A DNA stretch of 64,000 nucleotides from a virus (lineage: Duplodnaviria > Caudoviricetes): the IMG/VR virus record IMGVR_UViG_3300031466_000001, positions 148,289 to 212,288 of that record; one strand, written 5' to 3'. The notes under the pieces were generated by a model. That model had not been told where the DNA came from and did no database searches. It saw nothing but the letters and a program-made list of their open reading frames with translations. Below, in pieces: positions 24,902-36,008 of this stretch; positions within the stretch are counted from its first letter, which is position 1; each line of letters begins with the position of its first letter. The position numbers and the translations under genes are program-made.

Positions 24902-25621
24902 TTAATTATTATTAAATTTATCTTTGAATTCTTTTATGCTGTTAAGATTAAATGAAGAATGTAATTTATCTGCTACCCAAACATCCAACTGGGGTTTTTC
25001 TTTCTTATGACGATTAAATGCTTTAAGTGCCTTTTCTGAATCAACACCGTTGTACACCGTGGTCATTACGAGATTGGGCATAATTGTAACTTGAAAGATT
25101 GGGGCCATTTTATTACCAAACAAATTAGTTCCGGGAATTATTTTGAAGTTATTGATATCCTTAAGACTAAGCGTATAAACCGTCTCACGTTTATCAATAA
25201 CCTCAATCGTGCCAGGATAATCTTTGGGTACTTTATAACGCTTTTTCAACCACCTGAGATTTTCTTCAACCAATTCCTCTCTGGTATTAAACACTAACCC
25301 ATAAAAGTTTATAACGAGCCAGTTTTGTCCCTCTCCCTTTGCAAACAATTCTGCCGCACTAGGAGGAAGCCCTAAGGCTTCTCCTATTGCCATATTCATA
25401 TCGAAAGCTCTACCTTTCTTTCGACCTTCTCTCATCTTATTTTCAAACTCGATCATCATATCACGAGTTTGAAAAAAGATCATGAATCCCCTATCCAACT
25501 TGATAAAAGGAAAGCCTTTCTCTCTTAAACTGTTAACAAATTCTTTCTCATTATTCTTGAATATAATTGCTGGCTTAAAACCGTCAAGAAAGAATTTAAG
25601 TGAGGCATATTGTGGCTGCAT
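24902..25621 (-). CDS. hypothetical protein
   Basis: 239 aa, AAGGAG RBS. Confidence 0.7.
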   Translation of the reverse strand: MQPQYASLKFFLDGFKPAIIFKNNEKEFVNSLREKGFPFIKLDRGFMIFFQTRDMMIEFENKMREGRKKGRAFDMNMAIGEALGLPPSAAELFAKGEGQNWLVINFYGLVFNTREELVEENLRWLKKRYKVPKDYPGTIEVIDKRETVYTLSLKDINNFKIIPGTNLFGNKMAPIFQVTIMPNLVMTTVYNGVDSEKALKAFNRHKKEKPQLDVWVADKLHSSFNLNSIKEFKDKFNNN

Positions 25622-25645
25622 ATAAATCGGCTCCTTATTTATTAA

Positions 25646-25867
25646 TTAATTAATTACTTTTTCTTCAATAATAACACCATATTTATCCAGAACTTCCTTC
25701 ACACCATTGACAGAAAACAGTTCTTCGATAAATAATTTGGCCGTATTATGCATATCTTCCAATGTACCGGTTGCAGGTAATTTCAAATTAATATTGCCAA
25801 TTCCAATAACGATGTAGCCAGGCTCTGTATTAATTGAAAGGATTTTCTCTTCAGTAGCTTCCATCAT
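25646..25867 (-). CDS. hypothetical protein
   Basis: 73 aa, in series with its neighbours. Confidence 0.55.
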   Translation of the reverse strand: MMEATEEKILSINTEPGYIVIGIGNINLKLPATGTLEDMHNTAKLFIEELFSVNGVKEVLDKYGVIIEEKVIN

Positions 25868-25971
25868 GTCTTACCACCCATAGTTTTTATTTTTTACCAT
25901 ATTGTACCTGTAAAAATTAATTGAAAAAATGATGATGAGAAGTAGAGTTTTCTCTACTTCTCATCATCATT

Positions 25972-27351
25972 TTATTCATCGTCGTCGTCATCATCGTAAC
26001 CGTACGCGCCGGAGTGGGTCTCTTCAGGAGAAGACATACGATATTTATTGACAAACCTCATTGCAGAGTCGGAACGATTCTTAAACATTTTCAAATGTGC
26101 TTCTCTACTAGAGATTAAGATCTCCCTTGCTTTCTCAAGAGCCTCTTCTATAGTCAACTCTTGATTACCGGCCAAAATATATCGGACTGTCGTCATGAGC
26201 TCTTTCAGAGATGCCATAGGGAAACCTTCGCTATATTTCACGAAAAGTTCAACCACACCATCATCGCTGTCTGGAATGTTATCATTTTTGAAAGTTTTGT
26301 ATTCAGCGAGGATGTCCCCGATTTTACGGCTTTCAAAGTAATATCTCCGGGTTAATTCCGACGGATTGTCGATCTTATAAGTACGGTCGAAACGACCGGA
26401 CCTATTCATAAATGCTGGGTCAATTTTATCAGGGTAATTAGTAGTTCCGATGAAGAATATGCCAGATTTAACTTCAATACCGTCAAGAATATTCAGTAAT
26501 TCGGATCGATTACGTTCATTGACAAACGAATCAAAGTCTTCGATGATAATGATTGCTTTCTTTCCATCTAACGCTTTCACTAAAGAAGACAAAATCTTCG
26601 GAAGATTTCTAACTCGAGTAATAACAATTTTAGTGATTTTGGGCAAGCGTCTAATGATTTCACGAATAGTTGCGCTCTTCCCATTACCAGGGTCGCCATA
26701 GAGGATGATTCCTCGCTTATATGGAATCTGCATTTTTTCATAAATTCTCTTAGTTTCGTCCCTGAAAAAGATCTCAATATCATTCATGACTTCACTAAGA
26801 GGGGAGTTTTCCTCAAATACAAGATTTTCATCCGCTACTTTTTTCTTAATTGCAGCAACTGGTCTAATGGGCTCATCGTCATTATCAGTAATTTCGATAT
26901 ACTCACCAGCACTACACTTGAAATCGATATCCTTAAATAAGTTCTTGGTTGAATCTTGCCTAAGAAGTTTCTTGATATTTTTAGAAAATTTCCTAAGATA
27001 ATCTGTATCTACTAAAAACACACAATAGATCGAAAAGTTCTTAGTTGTATAGAAGAGAATTGAATTTATCTTTTTGGATACTGCAATACGATGAAAGTTA
27101 TCGAAATTGATCGACATGTCAAAAATGTTAACTTCGCTAGGCTGTGGAAGCGTATCGGCATATTTATAAACGTTACCTATATCCTTAAATTTGAATTTTT
27201 TCATAATTTCTTTCATTATTTCTTCTCGATGAACATAAAATTCAATTCTTTGATATTCGCCTTTTTCAAGACAAACTTCATATTCAGGATGTACCTCGTT
27301 CACCAACTTGAGTAACGACTGTTCCATTGAATAACTGAAATCAGATGCCAT
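25972..27351 (-). CDS. AAA+ ATPase (BCS1-like clade)
   Basis: IPYKRGIILYGDPGNGKS (Walker A), IIIIEDFD (Walker B), LLNILDG, TTNYPDKIDPA, RSGRFD (second region of homology). Confidence 0.9.
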   Translation of the reverse strand: MASDFSYSMEQSLLKLVNEVHPEYEVCLEKGEYQRIEFYVHREEIMKEIMKKFKFKDIGNVYKYADTLPQPSEVNIFDMSINFDNFHRIAVSKKINSILFYTTKNFSIYCVFLVDTDYLRKFSKNIKKLLRQDSTKNLFKDIDFKCSAGEYIEITDNDDEPIRPVAAIKKKVADENLVFEENSPLSEVMNDIEIFFRDETKRIYEKMQIPYKRGIILYGDPGNGKSATIREIIRRLPKITKIVITRVRNLPKILSSLVKALDGKKAIIIIEDFDSFVNERNRSELLNILDGIEVKSGIFFIGTTNYPDKIDPAFMNRSGRFDRTYKIDNPSELTRRYYFESRKIGDILAEYKTFKNDNIPDSDDGVVELFVKYSEGFPMASLKELMTTVRYILAGNQELTIEEALEKAREILISSREAHLKMFKNRSDSAMRFVNKYRMSSPEETHSGAYGYDDDDDDE

Positions 27352-27371
27352 TGTACTATATCCTCCTATGT

Positions 27372-27803
27372 TTATTCTGGTCTTTTTTCGCCCACCAACA
27401 TTTGTAGAGCAATGGAATATTTATTTAATCTTTTCAGATCTTTTTCAGTAATTTCTTTCAAACGCTTAGTAATCATATTGTCTTCAATATCAAAAATTTT
27501 TATTTTAGTAGCTAATTCGTTGGTTTTCACTCTCATAATAAAGTCATCGTAAGATTCGTTAGGTCTTCTCGTGAGACAATCAATTGCGTTAATAACTTCC
27601 TCAGAAAAACCATATTCTCTGAGATTATCAATGGTTATATTAGTATCTTCAACGACATCATGTAAAAGAGCAACGATTCTTTCTTCATCAGTATCACATT
27701 TTGTCATAACTCTAATTGGATGGAGAATATATTGCTCTCCACCTTTATCAACCTGTCCTTTATGAGCATTTGCTGCTATTATAAGAGCTTCCGTCAAGTC
27801 CAT
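27372..27803 (-). CDS. HD-domain hydrolase, RelA/SpoT small alarmone hydrolase (Mesh1-like) type
   Basis: AHKGQVDKGGEQYILHP, ALLHDVVEDT, KIFDIEDN. Confidence 0.8.
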   Translation of the reverse strand: MDLTEALIIAANAHKGQVDKGGEQYILHPIRVMTKCDTDEERIVALLHDVVEDTNITIDNLREYGFSEEVINAIDCLTRRPNESYDDFIMRVKTNELATKIKIFDIEDNMITKRLKEITEKDLKRLNKYSIALQMLVGEKRPE

Positions 27804-27860
27804 TTTTTTCTCCCTTCAAAATAATAGGATAAAAAAGAGGATAAGAGAAAACTCTTATCC

Positions 27861-29276
27861 TCAAATATTATTGAACTCGTAAAGACCAATCAATTGGTCT
27901 TTAAGAAGATTGAATTCATTGTTAAACAACCCGTCGTTCCTAGAAATGAACATATTAAGTCTCGGATTAAATGCCCTGAACGCCTTTTTCAGTTCTTTCG
28001 TTTTCAGTGACACAATATTGAGAACGTCACCATCGAAGTCCGCGTTCAAGACAGTGAGAACTTGAATCGGAATCGACATGGTATAATCCTCTTCGTGTGC
28101 ACGTTTAATGTCAATAACTTTCATACAGAGTACCGATCCATAGTTAATGGTTGGATTCCGGTTAATGATCATAGCCGGTTTCCATTTCTTAACGATGTAC
28201 ATCATCACTTCATAGATCTTAGGGTCGAAGTTTATTGTTGCCTTATACCATTCCTCATATGCTTCGTTATGAGTAATTCTCTCCATTTTGGCCAGAAGAG
28301 CAATTATCTCATATTTGTACAATTCGAGGAACGTTAAATACCCCAGACGAATTTCATCTGCTCTCAAAGTTGGATCGGGGATAACAACGTTTCTTGCAGA
28401 AAAGTTGATTCGACCACCAAGAAGCTGATACCTGATATGCCCATCTTTTTGGTTAACTTGATTGAATACAAGTTGCCAAAGTTCATTAACTTTCTTTTGA
28501 ATTACAGACAAGGTTACAGCTTCTCCGAGTTTTTCTTTCTTTTTCCTCTGACGAGTCGTCAGGAGAGACTCATCATGAAGAAGTCTACTTAATGCAAAGA
28601 TCGTTTCATATTTTCTATCAAAGCTACTAAAGAAGAAGTTTTCACCTCTAAACGAGACCGGTCGAAGAACCGACGAGTATACCGGGATACAAGATGCAAA
28701 AACTTTGTCCTTATCCCTCATAATCTCATCGAAAAGTTCCGTTTGTTTATTCTTCTTCTTTTCGTAGAAATAATCCATAATCTCTTCGAATCTTTCACGA
28801 AACTCGATCAACCCAATACCTTTAAATGGACTTTTTCCTTTCTTGCTAATAATTTCACCATCTCTGGTGATTTCTTTGTCGTATTCAATGATTTCACTGA
28901 AAGCTTTATCGCCAATGGCGACTTTAAGCATTCTATAGAACAACGGTTGAATAATAGCATAATCGCCGAGTTTAATCCAACCGGTAACTTTCATATTCAC
29001 GTCACGAAAGATTACTTTATGTCCACAAATTTTACATACCTCGCCTTCGTATACACGACCTTTAAGTTCCTTACATCTACAGCTATATCTTTCCGAGAAT
29101 GCATCTTCGTCTTCCCAATCGGTCGCAAACCTAGGCGATTGAATACCATTGAATGATTTTTCTTCTTTATTTTTTATGAATGCGTAATCCGTAACTTCAA
29201 AACCGTTTCCGGTAATAAAACTAATTTCACATTGTTCATCCCAACTAATTTTCTTCAATTGTACAGTTTTACCCAT
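27861..29276 (-). CDS. phage multisubunit RNA polymerase beta-prime N-terminal subunit (catalytic; probably non-virion RNAP)
   Basis: CxC...CxxC zinc finger, LLGGRINFSARNVV, INRNPT, catalytic NADFDGD; early motif at 29353-29362. Confidence 0.92.
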   Translation of the reverse strand: MGKTVQLKKISWDEQCEISFITGNGFEVTDYAFIKNKEEKSFNGIQSPRFATDWEDEDAFSERYSCRCKELKGRVYEGEVCKICGHKVIFRDVNMKVTGWIKLGDYAIIQPLFYRMLKVAIGDKAFSEIIEYDKEITRDGEIISKKGKSPFKGIGLIEFRERFEEIMDYFYEKKKNKQTELFDEIMRDKDKVFASCIPVYSSVLRPVSFRGENFFFSSFDRKYETIFALSRLLHDESLLTTRQRKKKEKLGEAVTLSVIQKKVNELWQLVFNQVNQKDGHIRYQLLGGRINFSARNVVIPDPTLRADEIRLGYLTFLELYKYEIIALLAKMERITHNEAYEEWYKATINFDPKIYEVMMYIVKKWKPAMIINRNPTINYGSVLCMKVIDIKRAHEEDYTMSIPIQVLTVLNADFDGDVLNIVSLKTKELKKAFRAFNPRLNMFISRNDGLFNNEFNLLKDQLIGLYEFNNI

Positions 29277-29411
29277 CTAACCATTCCTCCCTCTGACACA
29301 TCTCTTAATGTACAGTTAAGCAGGTTTTATTATTTAATTTCTAGACCTTGAAATAATATATAAACGATTAAAAGATAAAAAAAGTTAGGGGGGTGGTTTG
29401 TCCCACCCCAC

Positions 29412-29954
29412 CTAGAAAATAAGACCTTCGTTAACAGGTTTTTCCGAATCAAAGAGAAAATTAGCTAGATCACTGGGGATTTTTTCTCTACGACCGAAAA
29501 ACCTTCTATCGCTATCGAGATCTTTGATGAAATATCTGTTACACGTCCAAACATGTCCACAACTATCTATAACGGTAACCCAGAAAAGACTTTTAGAATC
29601 GACAATGATAACGTACTTCAATATCTTCTCTCTATGAAACCGCAGGAATTCATCATGGATCTCATATAATTGACGTGGTTTGAAACCAAATATTTTCCAA
29701 CGCTTAAGTAGAGATATGTATTTTTCCTTCAGAAACTCCGGATCGGGTTGAAGATGTTTGACGGAACATACAAAAACCTCTCCGGTTTCCAATGATTCGA
29801 CTCTTGCCATTGGTCCATTTATAGATCCGGTAAGGATATTTTTAACCACCACGGTTTTGGTTCCTTCATGTACGCCTCTGAGATTATTTCCAACATCCCA
29901 GTGATACACTTTATACTTTTCGATTTTAAGAAGCTTTTCGAAATTCATTACCAT
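29412..29954 (-). CDS. hypothetical protein (paralog of 30056..30634)
   Basis: LLKIEKYKVYHWDV...HEGTK...ETGEVFVC...DPEFLKEKY is shared with its neighbour; early motif at 29993. Confidence 0.75.
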   Translation of the reverse strand: MVMNFEKLLKIEKYKVYHWDVGNNLRGVHEGTKTVVVKNILTGSINGPMARVESLETGEVFVCSVKHLQPDPEFLKEKYISLLKRWKIFGFKPRQLYEIHDEFLRFHREKILKYVIIVDSKSLFWVTVIDSCGHVWTCNRYFIKDLDSDRRFFGRREKIPSDLANFLFDSEKPVNEGLIF

Positions 29955-30055
29955 TCACCCTCCAATGTTGCTATTATTTATTGACTATAATGATAATATA
30001 TAAACATATGTGACGAAAAAACAAAAAAAATGTGGGGTTGAATCCCCCCCACATT

Positions 30056-30634
30056 TTAATCTTTAAGAATGAGATCATATTCGTAATCGTCGGGCTCGGG
30101 AATGTGGTCTACTTCTTCCTTCAAAGCGTCCAAATGTTGCTCAACAGACCATTTATCTTCCAGGCCCTTTATGTTTAAGACATTGATATAATCAACAATT
30201 CCGTCGTTATTAATAGCTTTAACAAGATTTCGTTGTTCCGGTGTTGGATCGGGAACGAGCACATATTTAGACCTTTTCCCTATACTTACCGTCCTTAGTA
30301 AATCCGACAGTTCATAAATATATGATGGTTTTACCCTAGTGCGTTTCCAATAACGCATAGTGGCCCGATATTTCTTTTTCAAAATTTCTGGATCTTGCTG
30401 AAGCCATGCCGGATCACATTCAAATACTTCCCCAGTTTCAATAGATTTCACTTCTGCCAGGGGATATTCTCTATAGGGTCGTTCAACGAAACCAAGGAGT
30501 TTGACCTTTTTAGTCCCTCTATGAAGGGAGTGCAGAATTTTTCTAACGTCCCAATAATAAATTTTCCCTTCCTCGACTTTGAGAAGATTTTTACAGTTCA
30601 TTTTTTTGATACCTCCTAATTTATTTACTATCAA
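30056..30634 (-). CDS. hypothetical protein (paralog of 29412..29954); likely start 30601
   Basis: LLKVEEGKIYYWDV...HRGTK...ETGEVFEC...DPEILKKKY; early motif at 30639. Confidence 0.75.
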   Translation of the reverse strand: MIVNKLGGIKKMNCKNLLKVEEGKIYYWDVRKILHSLHRGTKKVKLLGFVERPYREYPLAEVKSIETGEVFECDPAWLQQDPEILKKKYRATMRYWKRTRVKPSYIYELSDLLRTVSIGKRSKYVLVPDPTPEQRNLVKAINNDGIVDYINVLNIKGLEDKWSVEQHLDALKEEVDHIPEPDDYEYDLILKD

Positions 30635-30712
30635 ATTAATAATATATAATCATATCTTCCGAATTGACTGCGATTATAAAAAAAATAAATGAGTGAGAGA
30701 TCTCTCACTCAT

Positions 30713-30970
30713 TTACTTAAAGAATACCGTGACTCCTTTATCATAATCTTTTATGATTATTTGTACCTCTGTTACGAGATGCTTTAAACTTGCCAACCCA
30801 CTCCGCACTTCAACAACCGCATCATAATCCCTCATTTCTTCTTCTGTTATTTCCTTCTTTTCTTCTTCGTTATCAGGATCAATAATTTTAATGTTTAAAT
30901 TATGAATATTTTCTTCAATATTTACGATTCCATTTCTAACAGATATGATTATCCTTTCCATATCTTTCAA
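30713..30970 (-). CDS. small protein with an internal duplication
   Basis: IIISVRNGIV...IKIIDPD and VVEVRSGLA...IIIKDYD; early motif at 31001. Confidence 0.65.
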   Translation of the reverse strand: MKDMERIIISVRNGIVNIEENIHNLNIKIIDPDNEEEKKEITEEEMRDYDAVVEVRSGLASLKHLVTEVQIIIKDYDKGVTVFFK

Positions 30971-31064
30971 CCCCTTATTTTTCCATTTACGATTAGTTTA
31001 ATAATATATACTCATATCTTGAAATATAAAAACCAAATTAAAAAAATGTAAACGAGCGAGAAAA

Positions 31065-31529
31065 CTAACTTCTCGCTCGTTTATTCAAAATGCGCCTTAT
31101 TTTCCATGTGTATTTTTCTGTCAATCCCGTTTTTCTATCACACTTTACAAGATTTTCTTTAACCAAGCCCAAATCGAAGTCGTCATCGTCGATTACAACA
31201 TAGCCCGTTATAAGTACCATTTTAGTAATTGTTTCGAGGAAAGCCTTGATTTCAAGATCCCGTCGACCCAACTCATCAGTTTTTCCAATTATTCTATCAG
31301 CAATAACGTTGTTGTAGTGTCTGAATATGTTTCTAAGCTCCTCCACGGTACGACCTATTCTCCAAGAAGAACTCACTATAATCCACGCATTATTTTCAAC
31401 AAGAATATTTCTTAGAGTTCTAATTGCTCTTGGAGACATTTCAAGACCAAAATGTACTTCTGGATCGGATGGGTATGGATGATCTTCACAATTCATTACT
31501 CCGTCTATGTCCAAAAATATAAGTTTCAT
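31065..31529 (-). CDS. HAD-superfamily hydrolase (HAD_SAK_2-like)
   Basis: IFLDIDGVMN, IIVSSSWR, YVVIDD, GLT. Confidence 0.85.
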   Translation of the reverse strand: MKLIFLDIDGVMNCEDHPYPSDPEVHFGLEMSPRAIRTLRNILVENNAWIIVSSSWRIGRTVEELRNIFRHYNNVIADRIIGKTDELGRRDLEIKAFLETITKMVLITGYVVIDDDDFDLGLVKENLVKCDRKTGLTEKYTWKIRRILNKRARS

Positions 31530-31553
31530 TTTTTATCATCTCCTTATCATTTT

Positions 31554-32093
31554 TTATTTCTTTTTCTGAATTTTTCTCCACATGGTCTTATTTGAATATT
31601 TCTTCTTGCCAGTAATTTCCTTTCCAAACCATTCCGGAGCAATAAAATTTTTCATTTCAATAAGATTTCTGAATTCGACTTCTACAACTATAGTGTTAAA
31701 ATCACGATACTCGTCAATTTCCAAAAGATAGTCATCCATTTCAAGAGTTGTGCGCTTTTTGACTAATGGTTTAAAACCACTAGACTTCAGCAATTTATTA
31801 TAAATTTCTTTACTGATTTCTATTTCGTTTTCTACACGATAACCCGATTCTATATCTTTCTTGACTGTAAGGACAAATTTATCTTTAGGAGCAGATTCGT
31901 TTTTCGGAAAAAGATTTGTAATATGACGAATTCTAACTTCTTCATCTTTAGTAATAGCTATATAGCTTTGCTTAATCCTTTCCACAGAGACTTTTTGAAT
32001 ATTCCCTTTTTCAATTATCTTCTTAGGGAACCTTTCCAAAAGAAATTTCCTTTCAATCTCGAAACTCATACACCAATCACTTCCTTTACTCAA
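31554..32093 (-). CDS. CYTH / triphosphate-tunnel metalloenzyme
   Basis: EIERKFL, QSY, RIR, LTVK, ENE, KKR, EID, VEVEF, PEWFGKEITG..YSN. Confidence 0.88.
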   Translation of the reverse strand: MSKGSDWCMSFEIERKFLLERFPKKIIEKGNIQKVSVERIKQSYIAITKDEEVRIRHITNLFPKNESAPKDKFVLTVKKDIESGYRVENEIEISKEIYNKLLKSSGFKPLVKKRTTLEMDDYLLEIDEYRDFNTIVVEVEFRNLIEMKNFIAPEWFGKEITGKKKYSNKTMWRKIQKKK

Positions 32094-32167
32094 ATAAATG
32101 ATTTATTTTTTACTTAAAAAAATAATATATAATCGTAAACTTATAAAAAAATAAAGAAGGCCTGTGA

Positions 32168-33031
32168 TTACCACAGGCCTTCTTTTTCCCATTTTTCAAT
32201 GTTCTTGGCCAAAATAGCCTGAACTTCCTTGGGACATTTTTTGATTTTCGACACACTAATCATATCGCTTGCGCCGACAAGGTTCGGATTTTCTTTCGTA
32301 TCAGCGTAGTCGACGAACCATACATGTGCATCTCTTGGCCAAATCGGCATAAACTCGAAATGACTCTCGATGCTCCTGATGGTCATGATAAAACCTTGTC
32401 GCACATCTTGACTGAAATTGAGACCTTCAAGAATGTCGATCCACGGCCCTCTATTCAATCGACACTTCTCCACTTTTTGGATGGCGTCTTTGAGTTCGTC
32501 CGTAAGGACGATATCCTCATAGCCGGCACCCTCAATCCATTTCGAAGGAACGAAAACTTTTTCCACTGGCTTGGTGTATTTGAAGAACCCGTAAAGATTG
32601 GCATCGTTGATACCGAACTTATTTCCATACGAGGTTCCCCACACCAAAAGTCCTTTTGCGGAATGGTAGTAGAGAATAGCTTCCTCGATAGAGGGCTTAC
32701 AATAATCACTCTCGATAATGTAATCGTATCTGAGAGCTTCTTTGAAACCTTCGACCTGCAAGATTTTCTTGAAGTTCTCCCAGGACGTGCCGGTACGCGT
32801 ATCACCGATCGAAGCCAACACACGCTCTTTAATTTCGTTGACATATGCAGAAACTCCCAGGAGTTTCATTTTTTCGGGATCGGTGAACTCGCCGAATGAT
32901 TTCTTGACCATTTCCTCGGTAATTTCCATCGGATCGATGTTCATAACATCTCTTACGAAATTCAAATATGCTTCGCTCAGCGTCTTTGCCATATTTAATT
33001 CATCTCCTTGGTAATTATTTACTATAATCAT
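32168..33031 (-). CDS. hypothetical protein; likely start 32992
   Basis: Long ORF, AAGGAG RBS, early motif at 33036. Confidence 0.7.
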   Translation of the reverse strand: MIIVNNYQGDELNMAKTLSEAYLNFVRDVMNIDPMEITEEMVKKSFGEFTDPEKMKLLGVSAYVNEIKERVLASIGDTRTGTSWENFKKILQVEGFKEALRYDYIIESDYCKPSIEEAILYYHSAKGLLVWGTSYGNKFGINDANLYGFFKYTKPVEKVFVPSKWIEGAGYEDIVLTDELKDAIQKVEKCRLNRGPWIDILEGLNFSQDVRQGFIMTIRSIESHFEFMPIWPRDAHVWFVDYADTKENPNLVGASDMISVSKIKKCPKEVQAILAKNIEKWEKEGLW

Positions 33032-33097
33032 GGATATAATATATAAATATAAGTTAGAAATTTTCTAAAATAAAATTATCGCGGAATCTGACCATCA

Positions 33098-34021
33098 CTA
33101 GATTTTACTTAGATCTAATTTGATATCAAAAATACTTTCCAAAGGAAAACCTGCTCGTTTTTCCCTTCCTCCACCGCCAAGTGTCGCGGCAATTTCATTA
33201 AGTTTGATATCGTCTTTCATTGTACGAATGGAAGCTCTTCCAGTACTTAAAGAGCAAACCATTGCGATATCAATATCACTATTATACTTACAAATTTGAG
33301 ATGCGATCGTAGAAATATGTTGTTCGGCAAAAACAACACCAATGCGATAGCCGGATCTGCTTGTGTAAGTTTTCATTTCCCGTCTTTTACCATCTACATA
33401 TCTTCTTATTCTGAACTTTTCTTCTTTAAGAAGAATTTTTTCTTCAGATGTCCATTCCGTTTCAATATTTTCAGTAAATCTTTCAATGAACCTTTCCTTC
33501 CCTTTAATAGACAAAAGAAGGTTAAGTTCATTGGCCTTCTCATTATGAAGACGCATCCATTCAAATGTGTCCCATTGACGAACTAATTCAGAAAATGCTA
33601 CTATCTCGTCTTCTTTATCTATGAAACCTTGTTCTAATAAATAATCAGACCACAAGGAAGTGCCACATGTTTTAACCATGCGTCCTTTAACTTCCTTTTC
33701 CTTTGATACAAATGCCCATGTATATTGGTTAAGCCACATTGCACGCTCATGATGGTCGAGAAGTATAAATTTCGTATTAGGTAATTCTTTATCTGCTTTT
33801 TCTATGAGTTTTGCTGTATTTTCATCAACGCTTATATCAGTTATAACAACCATGCTATAAGAAAAGTAACCTCGTAGAAGCGATCCGACGAAATCAGAAA
33901 CTCGCCTATTGATATTCTCATAATCACATAGATCATACGAGACTGAGGGAAAAGTTCTTTGGGAAATTACTACTGCTCCTATCCCATCAGTATCTATATG
34001 AGAAAAATGTTTGATAATCAT
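33098..34021 (-). CDS. DHH/DHHA1 phosphoesterase (NrnB-like oligoribonuclease)
   Basis: SHIDTDG, ITD, LLDHH, CGT, SIR, LGGGGR..AG (the GGGH histidine is replaced by R). Confidence 0.85.
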   Translation of the reverse strand: MIIKHFSHIDTDGIGAVVISQRTFPSVSYDLCDYENINRRVSDFVGSLLRGYFSYSMVVITDISVDENTAKLIEKADKELPNTKFILLDHHERAMWLNQYTWAFVSKEKEVKGRMVKTCGTSLWSDYLLEQGFIDKEDEIVAFSELVRQWDTFEWMRLHNEKANELNLLLSIKGKERFIERFTENIETEWTSEEKILLKEEKFRIRRYVDGKRREMKTYTSRSGYRIGVVFAEQHISTIASQICKYNSDIDIAMVCSLSTGRASIRTMKDDIKLNEIAATLGGGGREKRAGFPLESIFDIKLDLSKI

Positions 34022-34038
34022 TACAATACCACCCCAAT

Positions 34039-34557
34039 TTATTCATTATCGGTCTGACTCCTTGGTTTAAAAATTCTCTCCGATTCATTGTCGTTATTAA
34101 ATCTACGAACGGTATTTTCAATAACGCACATAAGTGCATGTGGAATGTTGAATCGTTTAGAGTTATGAATAAGACTAGCATAAATATCCCCGTCAACATG
34201 CCTTTTAACTGCGGCCATCCAGTCAGCTACCATCTCGATAAGATCCAAAAGATCCATATCTTGAACACCGTTCTCATAATGCTCGGGATGATGGCTATTG
34301 GAAGCATAATGATTTTCAAGGGCCGGTTTCAATTCTTCCAAGAGTGTTTTATATTCAGGAGAACCATAGGTTGTATTTCTAAGACGCGAAATAACCCTAT
34401 CAAAATACGGCGCTTCTTTTTCACTGAATTTAGAAAAATCATGAACGACGGCACGTTTGGTTAATTCAGAAATGAAATGTGCCATATTTTCGCCTACTGC
34501 CTTCTTATGGTCGAGAGTTTGCAAAATATGTTCCGTGGTCATATGACATACCTCCAA
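34039..34557 (-). CDS. HD-like protein (DUF5662-type)
   Basis: H...HDFSKF...HY..NSHHPEH...MDLLDLIEMVADW. Confidence 0.7.
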   Translation of the reverse strand: MEVCHMTTEHILQTLDHKKAVGENMAHFISELTKRAVVHDFSKFSEKEAPYFDRVISRLRNTTYGSPEYKTLLEELKPALENHYASNSHHPEHYENGVQDMDLLDLIEMVADWMAAVKRHVDGDIYASLIHNSKRFNIPHALMCVIENTVRRFNNDNESERIFKPRSQTDNE

Positions 34558-34655
34558 AAAAAATAATAATTTAATGGTTTGTTTTTAAGCAAATAAATAT
34601 ACACTAGCAGGCATTAACGACCTGCTAGTGTATATTTTCTTATATAATTCAGTTT

Positions 34656-36008
34656 TCAATCTTCGTAATCAGCCGGAGAGATAGAAAATCCAATGGGAGC
34701 CGCTCTGTTAATGTGATGCATAAAATCACCCTTCTTTTGGCTCGCATCAACCTTTTCAATCTCTTTCATGACTTTCGATATATCTACTGAACCAGTTTGA
34801 TATTTATAAAGTGCGCAGGAAATAAAGATTTCATTGAGAGTTGCCATGGGCATACCTTTGGTTCTAGAAATGATTTCTTCAAGTTGCTCTTCAGTTATAA
34901 TATCGAGAATATTCCTATCGATAAGATATTGTCTTCTAATTTCAGCAGAAGGTTGTTTAATTTCATAAGATCTATCAAAACGACCAGCTCGGTTCATCAA
35001 ACCCGGATCAATTTTATCCGGATAGTTTGTTGTTCCGATAATAAATACCCCTTCATTTACAGAAATGCCGTCAAGCATATTGAGAAAAGTCGATCTGCAG
35101 CTTTGGGGCATAGAATCAATGTCTTCGATTATCAAAAGAGAAGATAACGCGCTTTGTTTGATTTCTGAGAATATCAAGTAGATTGATTCACTGGTTGTGT
35201 ATTCGGTTACCTGCCAATAGTAAATCGGAACTTTACCAGCAATCGATTTAATCAATGAACGTATTAACGTAGTTTTCCCATTACCAGGTCTACCATAGAG
35301 AAGTATTCCACGACGATACGGGATGTTATATTTTTGATAGAAATCTTTTCCTTCGTGGTCAAAAAATTGATTCACAAACATGAAAATTTGTTCTTTCAAA
35401 TCATCGTCGAGATAAATTCTTTCATCTCTGATAGCTGTATCAACTATTTCATTTCTACGCTCCATTCCGGACCGGGTATCCATAATAAAGCGAATATGAC
35501 GCAATTTCTTTTCTCTTAGTGCTTGCATAGAATGTAATATGTAACTTTTAACATTAGCAGCATTTTCTCCGAAGAACAACGTATATTCTTCCATCCTACC
35601 ATTACCTATAATATATACAAACGTTGCAATAAATACGTTAAACTTTTCATGATACATTAATGTATTTGAAAAATTGACATCTGCACCATGAGATCCTTCT
35701 TGGGCACCCTCTAAGCTATATACAACTAAATCAATACCTTTATTAATTTCTTCATGAGAAATATCTAACGGAATACTGATCACATCACTTATGATTGCAA
35801 CTCTCTTCAGTTCCCCATTCTTAATCTGATCAGATATTACGTCCAAACACTCATAGAAAGTTGTATATAATTTTACATCGGTTCCAAAAGTGTTTTTAAT
35901 ATATTCTCGAATTTTCCTCACATGAAAAGTATATTCGATACTTCTAGGAATATCTACTTTTGTAAGACCTTCTGTTTCTACCACAACGTTACTTTCAAAT
36001 TTTTCCAT
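34656..36008 (-). CDS. AAA+ ATPase (paralog of 25972..27351)
   Basis: IPYRRGILLYGRPGNGKT, LIIEDID, FLNMLDG, TTNYPDKIDPGLMNRAGRFD; early motif at 36049. Confidence 0.9.
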   Translation of the reverse strand: MEKFESNVVVETEGLTKVDIPRSIEYTFHVRKIREYIKNTFGTDVKLYTTFYECLDVISDQIKNGELKRVAIISDVISIPLDISHEEINKGIDLVVYSLEGAQEGSHGADVNFSNTLMYHEKFNVFIATFVYIIGNGRMEEYTLFFGENAANVKSYILHSMQALREKKLRHIRFIMDTRSGMERRNEIVDTAIRDERIYLDDDLKEQIFMFVNQFFDHEGKDFYQKYNIPYRRGILLYGRPGNGKTTLIRSLIKSIAGKVPIYYWQVTEYTTSESIYLIFSEIKQSALSSLLIIEDIDSMPQSCRSTFLNMLDGISVNEGVFIIGTTNYPDKIDPGLMNRAGRFDRSYEIKQPSAEIRRQYLIDRNILDIITEEQLEEIISRTKGMPMATLNEIFISCALYKYQTGSVDISKVMKEIEKVDASQKKGDFMHHINRAAPIGFSISPADYED